DNA of 48,729 bases from assembly GCA_002633005.1 (NCBI GenBank), contig NMRA01000356.1, forward strand, positions 385,095 to 433,823, written 5' to 3'. This DNA comes from Phoronis australis (lineage: Eukaryota > Animalia > Phoronida). The stretch's first letter is position 1; each line of letters begins with the position of its first letter. Below, piece by piece: positions 27,901 through 37,900 of this stretch. The translations under genes and the position numbers were made by a program. The notes under the pieces were generated by a model, which saw nothing but the letters and a program-made list of their open reading frames with translations, searched no databases and had not been told where the DNA came from.

Positions 27901-30900
27901 TTACTTTTCTTACAGATTTCATACAGAACTTATTCATACACTGTATGATCGTTAGAGTCGCATGTTGTTTCAGGTGTTTTACTACTCAACCCCATTGTTT
28001 GAGTCAGCTAGTCTGTCCATACAGACGGCCACCTATGCCACCCTTGGAGTGGGTGCCATTATGGTACTAATGACCCTGGTCTCTATCCCACTTATGGACT
28101 ACGCTGGACGCCGCACACTTCATTTAATCGGTCTATGTGGTCAGTTGGTCTGCTCAGTCCTCATTGTGCTCACACTCTCCCTCATGGTACGTGTTGGTTG
28201 TAGTTAAGTTGTTGAATAAAATTATGAACGGTAAATATGTTTAGTGCAACGTACACACTCCGTGTGCACAAGTAGCGTCACTGTTGTTGGGCTCCGACAT
28301 GTACGTCTATAGTGAGTCTTGATTCACTTTGACTTTGCCTTTGTCAGATGAAATTATTTAACTTTTAAATTGAGGTGAGTTCAATAAAGTTTTCCAGGAT
28401 TGTAGCATAGTGCAGCTCATTGGCAATATATTGTCTGTGTCGAGCCATCAGATATTTTTCTTATCATGGTTTTCAGTTAGAGATTATTGGGACTCCCTAA
28501 GTAGATACAGCCTTGCTTTAAAATTCCAATTAGGAAGAGACAGAATGAATTAATTTAGAATGAATAAAATTTGCGTGTTTTGGGCAAAAATTTTCATGCC
28601 TGGAAATAACAACTATCCCCTTAAAAACAATTTTTAAATAAAAACGCAGCTCACTTGACTAGACGTCCAGCCATTACTTTTGTGCACTTGCCCTTATTAT
28701 TTCAAAAGTGCAAACAGCTTATTATTTAAAATGACTTATTCTTATTAAAATGACATAGGCAAAAAATTGAATTTCGGACCTCAAAAGCGAGGCCCTCTAT
28801 ATTAACATAGGGGGCCTCGCTTTTGAGGCCTGAAATTCAATTTTTTGCCTATGTCATTTTAATACGAATAAGTCATTGTAAATAATAAGCTGTTTAGCAA
28901 TAAATTTGGCATAAGTCAGGTGTGCATAAATGTTACAGTCTAATTAGAACCAGATTGTACTAGTTTTACTATATTAGATTTCATGGGTTAACACCTTGTA
29001 ATTTAGAAAATGTTGGAAGAAACGAGACTAGTAATAATGCAACAAAGGTAGGGAGATATGTGAATTTGTCATACATGTTTATTAAAAGATTCTGTCTTTG
29101 CTTGAAATGAGGAAGAACAGTTGTATGTCGGCGTCGTGTCTAATTGTTATTACAGCCTAGTCTCATATGTCTGCTTTCAGCACAAGGTGGAGTGGTTCTC
29201 TTATGTTAGTGTCACCAGCGCTCTTATCTACGTCACGTTCTTTGCCATTGGCCCAGGTACATGTTATATTAAAACTAATTTAATAACTTAATTGTCCATA
29301 CTCAGAAATTCATGTTGTGTTTTTTGGCTGTTCTTTCACTGTCTAAAACATGGGACTGGGTCATGGATGCTACTGGTCTGTTGGTTTTGTATTGTAGTCA
29401 TATACAGGGTGTCTCAACTTCAAATGACTACTGCGCTGTTTATTGACATAGGAACATATTGGATATGTTTAACTTCATGAATAGGCAATAAAAATGAACT
29501 TTAGTGTTTAAACCAAAATATCTGCTGTTTTTTCTAGTGACATTGCATGATAACTTTTGATTCTCCAAAACGGAGTCGTTTGTTTGCTATTCTGGTGCAT
29601 ACAGAGTACGTGATGGTTCACGCACCTTCACACCAGGGTGTAACCATATAGTAGGCCTGGATGCAGACTCTGCTCCGTCCAGTCCTGGTATTTTACTGAA
29701 GTGTGATTAAATGTTTGGGACACCCTGTATTTACAGGGTTGTACTTTTGATGAAATCTCCTTTTTGTTTTGTGAATGCTACCTTCATAGGACAGGCGTCA
29801 CTGATATGATATACATTTGGAGGACTGTTTTATTTTACCAAATTTGAACTTTTCATTGAAAAGGCATGTAATCTCAGGACAGACATAAAGCATTTAAGGA
29901 CACACGTAGGAATGCATTTTATTTAACATTCTTTTATTATTATTAATTCACTAGCACTTTACCTTTCTCAGGTTCCATTCCCTGGTTGATTGTGAGTGAG
30001 CTGTTTGCCCAGGGTGCCAGATCATCTGCTGTGGCTATTTGTACTTTAATCAATTGGACTTGTAACTTCATTGTTGGGTTATCATACCCCCCACTACAGG
30101 TATACACCCTTATTGGCAGTTTATCAACTTTTATTAATAGATTGAAATCAGAGCTTACGAGTTCAATTGTAACAGGCAAGCAAGATGTCTTAATAGCAAA
30201 ATTCCAACCTAGGCTGCTGGGTACTTAGACTATGGGACCAAGGGGGGTCACTTTTTGTGAAAAAAGTTACTCTTTGGTCCGCTTTCGTTGACGGCACCTA
30301 TACATTAGAGATCCTTAAGTCCTGCTGGTATTTTGGTTAAAAAATCTAGACTAGCACTTAGCATAAACTTTGTGTGAATAGTACCCAAGATATAGTGATA
30401 ATTACTTTCCAGTGGATAGGTCCAACATGTCAATCAAGCTATTCTAGCCATTCAGGCCATGAGAAAAATGTAAACGCAGCTATCGTCCAAGATGTTAGCA
30501 CATAAACATTCCTTGCTAACTAAAGCCAAAACGTGTTTTTCGATGAGCTTGGTACGCTTATAGTTTTGGATCAATGATTTATAGATAAAGTACTGGCAGA
30601 GTATAAAGACTTGTCACGATCAGCTGACTATGCCTGGGAATATACACCAGAATAAACAAGCCAAACTAAGAGTGATTGAATAAATCCACCTGCCTCACTT
30701 GTCACAAATAATTTGTTTAGTATTAGAATCTGGTGTGAATTGGGTTTAATTTTGTGGAATACTTTTGGTCACAGTATATGTAATGTACAGAAACATACCT
30801 GGCCTACGAGACTTGTGTATTCTTATTCCCATGCATCGGACCATAACAATTGCCACCAATAAAACTTTTTGCTGTTGAATCATCTTCAGCTTTGCTATGG

Positions 30901-31782
30901 AATAGCTTGACAGCATACCTAATTGTAACCATGCTAAGGTGTCTGAACTGATCTGACATCTGAATGAAGCTCTGTTGATTTGAATGGTCTAGTAATCTGT
31001 GAATCAACTCGCGCTTGAAATCATGTACCGTATATACTGCACCTGTTTGTAACTCAATTTTTTCAACAGGACCTTTTGTGATTATGTGGCTCCATGTTGG
31101 TAATAGTTTCATTGAAACCAGAAATACATGGAAAAGAATCTATTGTTGTAGCATATGTGCAGGGGATTCACACCATATTTTACTTTTTGTTTGTGGTACA
31201 ACACACTAACTATGGTCAGCTTGGCCTTACTGCATTTGCTGGAACCTTATTGGCCGGATATATGCTCTATCTAGACCCCGACTTTGTGAATGCTACGGTT
31301 GGAGTAATAATTCTGTGGCAAGGCACAAACTTCGTGGGTCAGACTCTTTATCTTTTAACCAGTCACTATAAACACAGTCCAGATGTCAAATATTGTGCCT
31401 GGACCTTATGTGAGTCAGCTGATTGGCTAAAGTCTGACCATTAGACCACTATCTATATCAGAATAATTTATATTTTAGGGCTACAATACCAATATTGTTA
31501 TAGTTATCACCCGCGTGTCCATTACTATTGTAGGCTGCAGCTGGTCAGTACTCCTTCATTCCCTTCATAGTTATGCTGGCCATCTTCATCACGTTCCTGT
31601 TCAAATTTCTGCCAGAGACGAAAAACAAGAGCTTCGAGGAGATACAAGAGTTGTTCCGCAAGTCCAACTCACGCACACCTGCAGAGAACTCTCATGCCAC
31701 CAGGGGTCAGGAGGGTGAGAAAAGGTCTGCCACTGAGGAGTCTAGTCTTGTTCATTCTTCTAAAGGTTCATCGAGGTTGTAA
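9835..31782 (+). CDS. SLC2A1: Facilitative glucose transporter, class I (GLUT1-like), spliced; join(9835-9930,20121-20281,21526-21650,22887-23057,23589-23696,24111-24199,26881-26979,27974-28186,29181-29256,29972-30099,31534-31782); first coding exon unresolved
   Basis: All introns GT-AG with compatible phases; total 1515 nt = 504 aa + stop. Sugar-porter motifs present: [65 protein letters not shown]. The symbol means 'GLUT1-like'; one-to-one orthology is not demonstrated. Confidence 0.95.
10679..10982. repeat. 78-bp minisatellite, left part (~4 units)
   Basis: Unit start (g/a)tggatgtg recurs at 10697, 10775, 10853, 10931. Confidence 0.95.
10983..15317. mobile_element. 4.3-kb TIR DNA transposon with TA target duplication (Tc1/mariner-pogo-like), no intact transposase seen
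   Basis: Perfect 25-bp TIR CGGTAAAGTCGCGTGATTTTCGGAC (10983-11007; 15284-15308); TA at 10981-10982 and 15318-15319; subterminal TTCGGAC repeats at both ends. Confidence 0.85.
15318..15450. repeat. 78-bp minisatellite, right part
   Basis: Resumes exactly in register (TA caataagtttacttag...) after the insertion. Confidence 0.9.
15471..15973 (-). mobile_element. Possible solo LTR
   Basis: TG...CA ends with near-duplicated flanks ttac/taac, - strand AATAAA near 15500, recurrent tctaga/ctggaatctac motifs; weak. Confidence 0.3.
16089..17715 (-). mobile_element. LINE (L1/Tx1-like) 3' fragment 1, interrupted by a MITE
   Basis: ORF2 C-terminal zinc-finger region [13 protein letters not shown]...CSFC...HSFWEC...FW (16182-16724); further degenerate ORF2 at about 17380-17700 ([18 protein letters not shown]); GT-rich 3' UTR, AATAAA and short A tail. 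Confidence 0.8.
16873..17376. mobile_element. PIF/Harbinger-like MITE inserted in LINE fragment 1
   Basis: Imperfect TIR gcgcctttcatactaac / gtcaatatgaaagggcc; flanks tta/ttc; internal gtatgaa repeats. Confidence 0.5.
17724..19850 (-). mobile_element. LINE (L1/Tx1-like) fragment 2, 5'-truncated ORF2 pseudogene
   Basis: RT motifs [47 protein letters not shown]; zinc-finger region [24 protein letters not shown]; frameshifts; GT-rich 3' UTR and short A tail. Confidence 0.9.
20121..20281 (+). CDS. SLC2A1: GLUT exon ([14 protein letters not shown]...WADKFGR)
   Basis: tgcag| ... AG|gtataa; 161 nt as in human exon 3; N-glycosylation sequons NVT and NRT in loop 1. Confidence 0.95.
20491..20546 (-). 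mobile_element. Terminal fragment of the GG..CC TTAA family
   Basis: TTAA|GGTTATCT...tatcgaaaaaattatgctttgtcaac resembles the reverse complement of 6820-6890. Confidence 0.45.
21028..21255. repeat. 38-bp minisatellite, ~6 units
   Basis: gttcattagatgtactttgctgtccaaaccaacagttc at 21032, 21070, 21108, 21146, 21184, 21222. Confidence 0.95.
21526..21650 (+). CDS. SLC2A1: GLUT exon ([10 protein letters not shown]...[16 protein letters not shown])
   Basis: ttcttgcag| ... G|gtatgt; 125 nt; read manually, not in ORF track. Confidence 0.93.
21833..22525. mobile_element. Foldback-type MITE whose inverted arms are built from ~22-bp subrepeats
   Basis: ctatgga...tccatag ends; aggac..aaaatttatcatg(t/c)c units on the left mirrored by gacatgataaatt..ggtcct units on the right. 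Confidence 0.6.
22887..23057 (+). CDS. SLC2A1: GLUT exon ([23 protein letters not shown]...WPILL)
   Basis: ttgcag| ... G|gtgagc; 171 nt. Confidence 0.95.
   Translation, partial: ASTPVWHPCTCPRWLPISCGVPLGWSTSWLLPLLYSCRRCVDWTWSWVQRVAGQSC
23589..23696 (+). CDS. SLC2A1: GLUT exon ([24 protein letters not shown]...)
   Basis: ttccag| ... G|gtaaga; 108 nt; PESPR motif. Confidence 0.95.
24111..24199 (+). CDS. SLC2A1: GLUT exon ([21 protein letters not shown]...)
   Basis: ttttag| ... AAG|gtttgt; 89 nt; intracellular helical loop. Confidence 0.93.
25960..26215. repeat. Dispersed repeat fragment shared with both arms of the 43898-48328 structure
   Basis: atacagcttt..ccgatgtgg..aaaactaca..gagtaaactaa..ccatgaaatattgcgtcac matches about 44990-45205. 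Confidence 0.7.
26881..26979 (+). CDS. SLC2A1: GLUT exon ([33 protein letters not shown]), TM7
   Basis: ccctgaag| ... GCG|gtaagt; 99 nt. Confidence 0.93.
26985..27234. repeat. 62-bp minisatellite, 4 units
   Basis: ttacaatgaccatg at 26985, 27047, 27109, 27171. Confidence 0.95.
27578..27858. repeat. 45-bp minisatellite, ~6 units
   Basis: aaacacagcccgtgtcagagtacctt..atcaatagatac repeated. Confidence 0.95.
27974..28186 (+). CDS. SLC2A1: GLUT exon (VFYYSTPLF...[10 protein letters not shown]...)
   Basis: tttcag| ... ATG|gtacgt; 213 nt. Confidence 0.95.
28712..28895. repeat. 184-bp near-perfect palindrome
   Basis: aaacagcttattatt...gaggccctctat | attaac | atagggggcctc...aataataagctgttt. Confidence 0.9.
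29181..29256 (+). CDS. SLC2A1: GLUT exon ([25 protein letters not shown])
   Basis: tttcag| ... G|gtacat; 76 nt. Confidence 0.92.
29405..29727. mobile_element. Tc1/mariner-type MITE
   Basis: TA|CAGGGTGTCTCAA ... TTGGGACACCCTG|TA. Confidence 0.75.
29972..30099 (+). CDS. SLC2A1: GLUT exon ([19 protein letters not shown]...NWTCNFIVG...)
   Basis: ttctcag| ... CAG|gtatac; 128 nt. Confidence 0.95.
31534..31782 (+). CDS. SLC2A1: GLUT last coding exon (...[12 protein letters not shown]...GSSRL*)
   Basis: ttgtag| acceptor, PETK motif, TAA at 31780-31782. Confidence 0.93.
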   Translation, partial: AAAGQYSFIPFIVMLAIFITFLFKFLPETKNKSFEEIQELFRKSNSRTPAENSHATRGQEGEKRSATEESSLVHSSKGSSRL

Positions 31783-31840
31783 CGTAACATGAATATATGT
31801 CTCAATCTTGTTTCGCAGTACTGAGTAAGTCTTGAATTTG

Positions 31841-31846
31841 AATAAA
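31841..31846 (+). promoter_or_regulatory. Candidate proximal polyadenylation signal of the GLUT gene
   Basis: AATAAA about 60 nt after the stop; further AATAAA hexamers occur downstream (e.g. near 34045 and 34398). Confidence 0.35.
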
Positions 31847-31900
31847 GTGGACAGTGGCTACAGAGAACTGGTGAGGACTTGAATGTGAGATGAAGTTTAA

Positions 31901-32638
31901 CCCTTATCTTGCTGTGGACGAGTACACTCGCCCAAATGTTTGTTTAAAACCTGCTGTCAAGTTAATCACTTGCCTACTGCCAGCAAGTTTCCATGCCACA
32001 AGACCAAGGCAACTTCAGATCATTGATTTATAATTACCTGTATGTTTATTTATTATGTGAGCATAGTACGTACTTGAAAGATGTCCACCCATTTGTCATT
32101 TGAAGTATGTTTGTGAGTTTTAGTTCACAAGTTATACATTTTCTGTGGTTTATTTGCTGGAATTTTGGAAATGCTGAAGTCACAACAATTAGGAAGGTTA
32201 CACTGGACCATTTAGTTGAAATTTTTGTGGAAGTTGAGTTTGATTTGTGGATAAAATTTGAAGCTAAAGGTGACAAAGAAATAAAAAATCTTTGCATAGG
32301 CCTCAGCTTGGCAAAGACTTGTTGATTTTTGATTCTCAATATAACAGATTTAATTCTCAAGATGATCGTCGAAATCTAATGTCCATTTTTGTGTTATTTA
32401 CCGTAAAGAAACAACAGAAATAAAATAAGATTTGTCAAGTTCACCTGTATCTCTACATTTTTTCTGTTGACACATTTTGTCTATGACGAGTATTTATCAT
32501 TCAAATTGTGCGTCAGGACCAACATCTTATATAACACAAAGAACTTTCTAAAACAACCCTCTCTGCAGCTAACTGGTAACCTACTTAGACTTAGTGTACA
32601 GTAAGCTGTTTTGAAACATGGGCTCAGCAGGATAAGGG
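31901..32638. mobile_element. piggyBac-type MITE
   Basis: TTAA|CCCTTATCTTGCTG ... CAGCAGGATAAGGG|TTAA (13/14 TIR match). Confidence 0.8.
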
Positions 32639-34819
32639 TTAATCAATGATATACTCACCCATTAACTGATGTGTACATTTTGTCTTTAAAATGGCTAATT
32701 ACTTTCAAAAGTGCACAATAATTGTTAAACAGATTCCTGGAGGGTGAGAAAAGGCTGCCACATAGGATTCTTTTCTCTTTAGATTAGGTTGTAGTGTAGC
32801 ATCTGCTTAGTGCGTTATTTTGTTTTTGTGCTTTCTGATTTTGGGTTTTCTTAGCATTGGTACATCCTTATGCAACATCCAAGCTGTTCAGAAACCTATT
32901 CCAACATTATGTGGACATGTCACACGCAAACTTGTCACACATCAACTTAACAGTGTTTTGTATTGTTAAGTGGTGCAATGATAATGTTGTATTTTATCTT
33001 CCTGGTTTGACAAGGATATTTGGGTTTACTGTGAAGCATCTTTTAATTAAAGCGGTGTTGTTAAGTGTTATTCTTCTGTTGTTTTGTTCTTGCTGCATCA
33101 TTCTGAGTCTTGGATTCTATCTCAACTTCTCAACTCAAATTGAGGTTACTTCTTCAACTGCATTGAAAACTTTATTTTCAAATGCTATGAAGACTAGTGA
33201 AGGCTGGCTTTGACCTTTTTTACCTACAAATATTGCCAAATTTGTTTTTCAAGGACGACAGTCAAACCGCATTGCAACGAATGTCGCCGTAACTAGAGTT
33301 CAGTGTAATTACCATATCAACTATGTCTTCAGTACAGCTAGCGTAGGACTAGTGTAATCTAATGTGGTGTCAACATTTTGAGCAGGCAAGCTGTATTTTG
33401 GTTCGGCTGGACTTGGTTGCTACAAATCAAAGTCTCTGCATCCCTTGTGCCTTCTGCGGTGCACCAGGCGTGCTTAGGCCACATAGTTGGGCTCATAATG
33501 CACCAGGCGTGCTTAAGCCAAACAGTTGTACTCACTTCGTCGCTTGTATCTGGATAGTTGTTCAAACCCTGCTCATAATGAAGTAGAATTCTTCAATGTT
33601 ATTTTTTGTGAAGAAAAATGATAATGAAATCCTGTGCCACAGTGTGCGTCAAATATCAGATGAATCAGTATACTGGACTCAAGTAAGACTCATTTGGAAC
33701 ATAATTGTCAGAGGATATTGCATTCTTGTGTCATTACTTTGAAATGCCTTATGCATTTGGCACGTTTTTACACCCCGTTATTCGTATTTTTTGCCAAGAT
33801 TGAATGAAAGTGCTTATTTTTAACAAGTCACTGTTTTCACATCCTGGAAGATCCAGGTGTTTTAAGACACAGGTGTTCCATTGTCCTTGTGCAATGCATA
33901 CCTTTTGTTGGTGAGAAATACGTCTTCTTGGGATGGCATTTGTGTTTGATAGTCATCTCTTGCTGCACAATGTTACTTTGGAATATCTTTCACTGTAATT
34001 GTTGCAGTTTTGAAGTATTCAGCCATTTTTACTTACATTTGATGAATAAAAATATTTTGCTTGCTGTTTTAAGATTACAAGCTGAATGTCATGTCATGAA
34101 TGTTTTCCCATTTCATCTGTTGTAAACCTTGCCCACAAATCTGATGTCCTCTTTTTAAGAGAGATATAAAGACTAAATATTGTGATTTATCTGGCCCACA
34201 ACCACATTTCAACAAATGTATATATACTTGCATACCCGGTGTGTATATTTATGTGCGAGTATAGACACACACACACACATATGTATATATATGTTCTATT
34301 TTTCTTATTGTTTTGCCTTTTCTATAAAAAGTTGCTTTGATGTTACAATCAGCAAACAAATGTTATCAATTGCACCAGATATCAAAAGTGGTTAAAAAAA
34401 TAAACAGCATTAGTTCATACTTATTTCTGGATTTGTATCGAGTCACATGTTTATCTTGCCTGATGAGTTGATGCAGATTTCATGGTCGTTTGTGTTTCAT
34501 TTACTGTCTATGTGCCCCTACCCCCATGTGTTCTGTTTCGTGTGGCTTTGTGGTCATGGTTTGTAGTGTAAATTTTGCATCATCATTTGATAATGTCTCC
34601 AGTAGTGGTAGGGGCAATTCTGGTGACAAGATTTTTGAGGTCGTAAAAGCACACCTCTATCCCTCATTTGCTCGAGTAACCCTAGATATTAACGAGTAAA
34701 ACCGTCTCGTTATTCACTGAAATGTTTCAAACTTTCGCAATACTTATAGAAAAGTTTCATGAAATGCAGCTCAGTAATTGGTCAAAACACTACCAAACAT
34801 ACTATTTACAACTCACAGT

Positions 34820-34825
34820 TTTATT
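34820..34825 (-). promoter_or_regulatory. Candidate TXNL1 polyadenylation signal
   Basis: AATAAA on the - strand about 125 nt after the stop. Confidence 0.5.
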
Positions 34826-34950
34826 ACTGAATGAATGCTTATTAATTTGGAACATTGTGGCAGCAAATACAATGTGTTTCTATGGAACAGGGAGGCTACT
34901 GTCCCATGACTTGCTGGAACTTGGTGACACCATGAAACTGCATTCATCTG

Positions 34951-34980
34951 TTAATGACCCTCTCCAGCTTTACCTGCAAT
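34951..34980 (-). CDS. TXNL1: TXNL1 last coding exon (IAGKAGEGH*)
   Basis: tttttag|ATT GCA GGT AAA GCT GGA GAG GGT CAT TAA. Confidence 0.92.
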   Translation of the reverse strand: MAGKAGEGH

Positions 34981-37900
34981 CTAAAAACACAAAGAATGGT
35001 TACCGTAAAAACAGTTCGAGCAAATCATGGATACTCGATAAGATGAAGGCGATAAATACAGTTATACTGAGAAATTTTATCCAAGAAGAAAACCAAGCTG
35101 TCTGAAGGGCCAACCGCACTAACAGGAACATGTAATGTGGAACTTGTCAGAGTTGAGTGAAAATGCGACTTGTGCATGTCCAACTTCTGTGAGTTTTACT
35201 GTAACGTTATTTTCTGTAACAGAAATCACTTGCATTGTGAACTTCACTATGCTCATGACCTTATTTTTGTACAGTACAGTACTGACGGTATCAATTAGTC
35301 TCTTAGTTTTTCATACCCTAGACATATGCCGGTCATTATCACAATTTCAAGGTCTAAGAAAATACTCAACAAGAAAGAATAAAAGACAAGAATTTTATTG
35401 TTTTGATTGGAAATGATGGCCGATGAATATTGCCATAACAGTTGTCAAGGCAATGATATGTGTAAATCATTTTAATAAACAATGAAATCTAGGATAAATT
35501 TTGTGCACATTTAACAGCACAGATGATGATTTCTTTGAAAACATAATGAAAAAAATATTTTGAAAGACAATTCTGGTTCTGTTTCACATTACTTAATTTT
35601 AAAAATCTGTATACTTTTGACTTATGAACACCCATTTGATGACTTAACTGATTTTTGGAAACAAAAGTTTTCCGGGTTAGCAGTTGCTAATCCTGCACTG
35701 ATGGACTTACTCGTTTAAAGTCGGACATGTTTGTTGTGCTGACAGGGTTGCCAATGAACTCAAGATAATCTATCTGAGTCACCTCACCGTCTTCTTGATT
35801 ATCTTTCACAAATAACTGGAAAGGAAAATTCATAACTGTAATATAATACAAAATAATTTACATGTACATCATATCGGATTAAAACAGGTCATAAAAGTGG
35901 CTTTTGTTTCAATTCATGTTGCTCAAATTGACAAAAAGTATCCCTGACCATGATTCAGAACAATGTTTGTAGTTGACAATGACATTAAGCAAGAGATCCA
36001 GTATTCTATGAAGTCTATGATGTTAACCTTCATTTACAGCTAAAATAGTGCAATCACAGTGTAATGGAGAGCAGAGTGCTGAGCTAAGACTTGTGAGATA
36101 GTAAGCTAAGCTTAAAGCTCTTGTAGATGTCCAACGATTTGTTTTCCCTCATCAGGCAGTGCAGAGGTACATATTGATTGTTCCAATTTCTGTCTCCAGT
36201 GGCTGGGCTCTCGCAGTCTTTTCACTGAGCCAGAAATGTTGGAGATCTGATGGAACTCATCCTGTGAGGGTTTGTGCTTAGTTGACTGCTGGTGACTGCT
36301 TTCTTGCGAGTTGGTGCTCAGTAAATGGATTTATGAATGTGTTTGCTGGTAGACCTTGTGTTCAGCAGAGATAAGTTGAAAAATCTCTTGAACATTTGTC
36401 TGGCATCAAAATTATTGTGGGAAGCGAGAGAGAAATGAGGTAAATTAAAGTACAGAAATATTCGAAAATTTGCTGGAAATTTTGGCTGTGAAGTAATTCT
36501 TGAAAAGAAAAAATTTCAACTTTTTTTGAAAACTGTTGTATGACACTAAAATAATGGTGCATTTGTTGAATGCGAGTCCAAGAAGTGAAACTTACAATAA
36601 CACTAGAAACATTTTGGAATTTCACAAATCGCAGATTGATGACAGCTCCCTCTTCCAAATCACGCGGTTCCAACCTGGAAGTTAAGCAAAAACTTGAATA
36701 CTGAACAGTCTCAGCCGACCAAATAATATAGGACTTTAACCAAAAGAACACTCAACATTCACTAGGTGGAGCTAATGAAGAAGTGGTATTCTTTTTATGA
36801 TTTCAATTGATTAAGAATAGAAAGTCATTCAGTGGCATGGATTGGCATTTGTTGAACAAACTTCCCACTTGCCTACCTTAACCCACACCTGTTTACTAGA
36901 CAGAACCATTGTTTCACACGCACCATGAACATGATAATAAATACAGTGCTCCTTGGTGTTTAGTACATCATCAATTCTTAAGACAGCTCGTCTCCTTAAA
37001 AGTGAAGGCAACCTTTTTTCATGTCATTTATAGCAAAAATAAGGTTAATTGATTATCCCAGACATATTTTTTACTTAATTACAGCCTTTCGCATTTTAAT
37101 TAATAATTCGTCCTCTACTTTGGAAGTGACCTTTTGGGCGGCAAGAATTTCGAGCCAATTTCTTTTCATATAGTCCGACTGTTAGAGCTGTAGAGTCGGT
37201 CATTGTTCTACCTCGGTTGTGATATGTTCGGTCGTCGTTTGCTTTTGTTTACGAGTTGGTCAACATGCCATACTGTTGCTGCGTACCGGCATGTACTCCT
37301 TATCGCCCAGAGCCTGTAAGCAGTGCTGCTGCGATGTTGAGTATTGGGAGTGAATACAGGTCCAGTTAGACACCGAGTGAAGAGGACAGTTCGTCATCCA
37401 ATGCACAGATCGGTGAGCCAAACATTGATAAGTTTATTGTGGACTTGTCTAAAGTATTGGAGTTATTTAGAAGGTGCCAGGTATGTGGCAAGGGAGTCGC
37501 ACGGTGGGATGTAAGCAGTTTGTGTGCTCAGGTCATCATCCAGTGGGAGTGTGTCGCAGGACTTGGGCAAGTGGGACAGTTGTTCCTCTGTCCGTGAGAC
37601 GATAATGAGTACATCCCGGCACGAAGCAACAGTGTGGCATGTTGACTGACTCATAAACAAAAGCAAACGACGACCGAACTTGACACAACCGAGGTAGAGC
37701 AATGACTGACTTGGCAGCTCTCACAGTCGGGAAATTGGCACAAAATTCTTGCCTCTCAAAACGTCACTTCCAGAGTAGCAGACGAGTAATTGTTAAAATT
37801 ACAAAAAGCTGTAATTAACTGAAAAATATGTCTGGGATAATCAAAGCACCTTATTTTTGCTAATGACATAAAAAAAGGTTGCCTTCGCCTTTAAAGTAAA

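Noticed and set aside
27602-27955. 117-aa ORF with [15 protein letters not shown] repeats
   Set aside because: By-product of a 45-bp (multiple of 3) minisatellite in an intron; non-ATG start and no exon support.
27974-29256. Loss of GLUT1 N317 and E380 equivalents (GAIMV, FFAIG) as a novelty
   Set aside because: As I recall, Drosophila Glut1 has the same substitutions, so this is probably a normal invertebrate state; not verified here.
31771-31782. C-terminal SRL as a peroxisomal PTS1 signal
   Set aside because: PTS1 applies to soluble matrix proteins, not a 12-TM transporter.
30804-35416. Assorted 60-127 aa ORFs in the last GLUT intron and the inter-gene region, other than the exons listed
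   Set aside because: No motifs, mostly non-ATG starts, composition typical of random AT-rich sequence.
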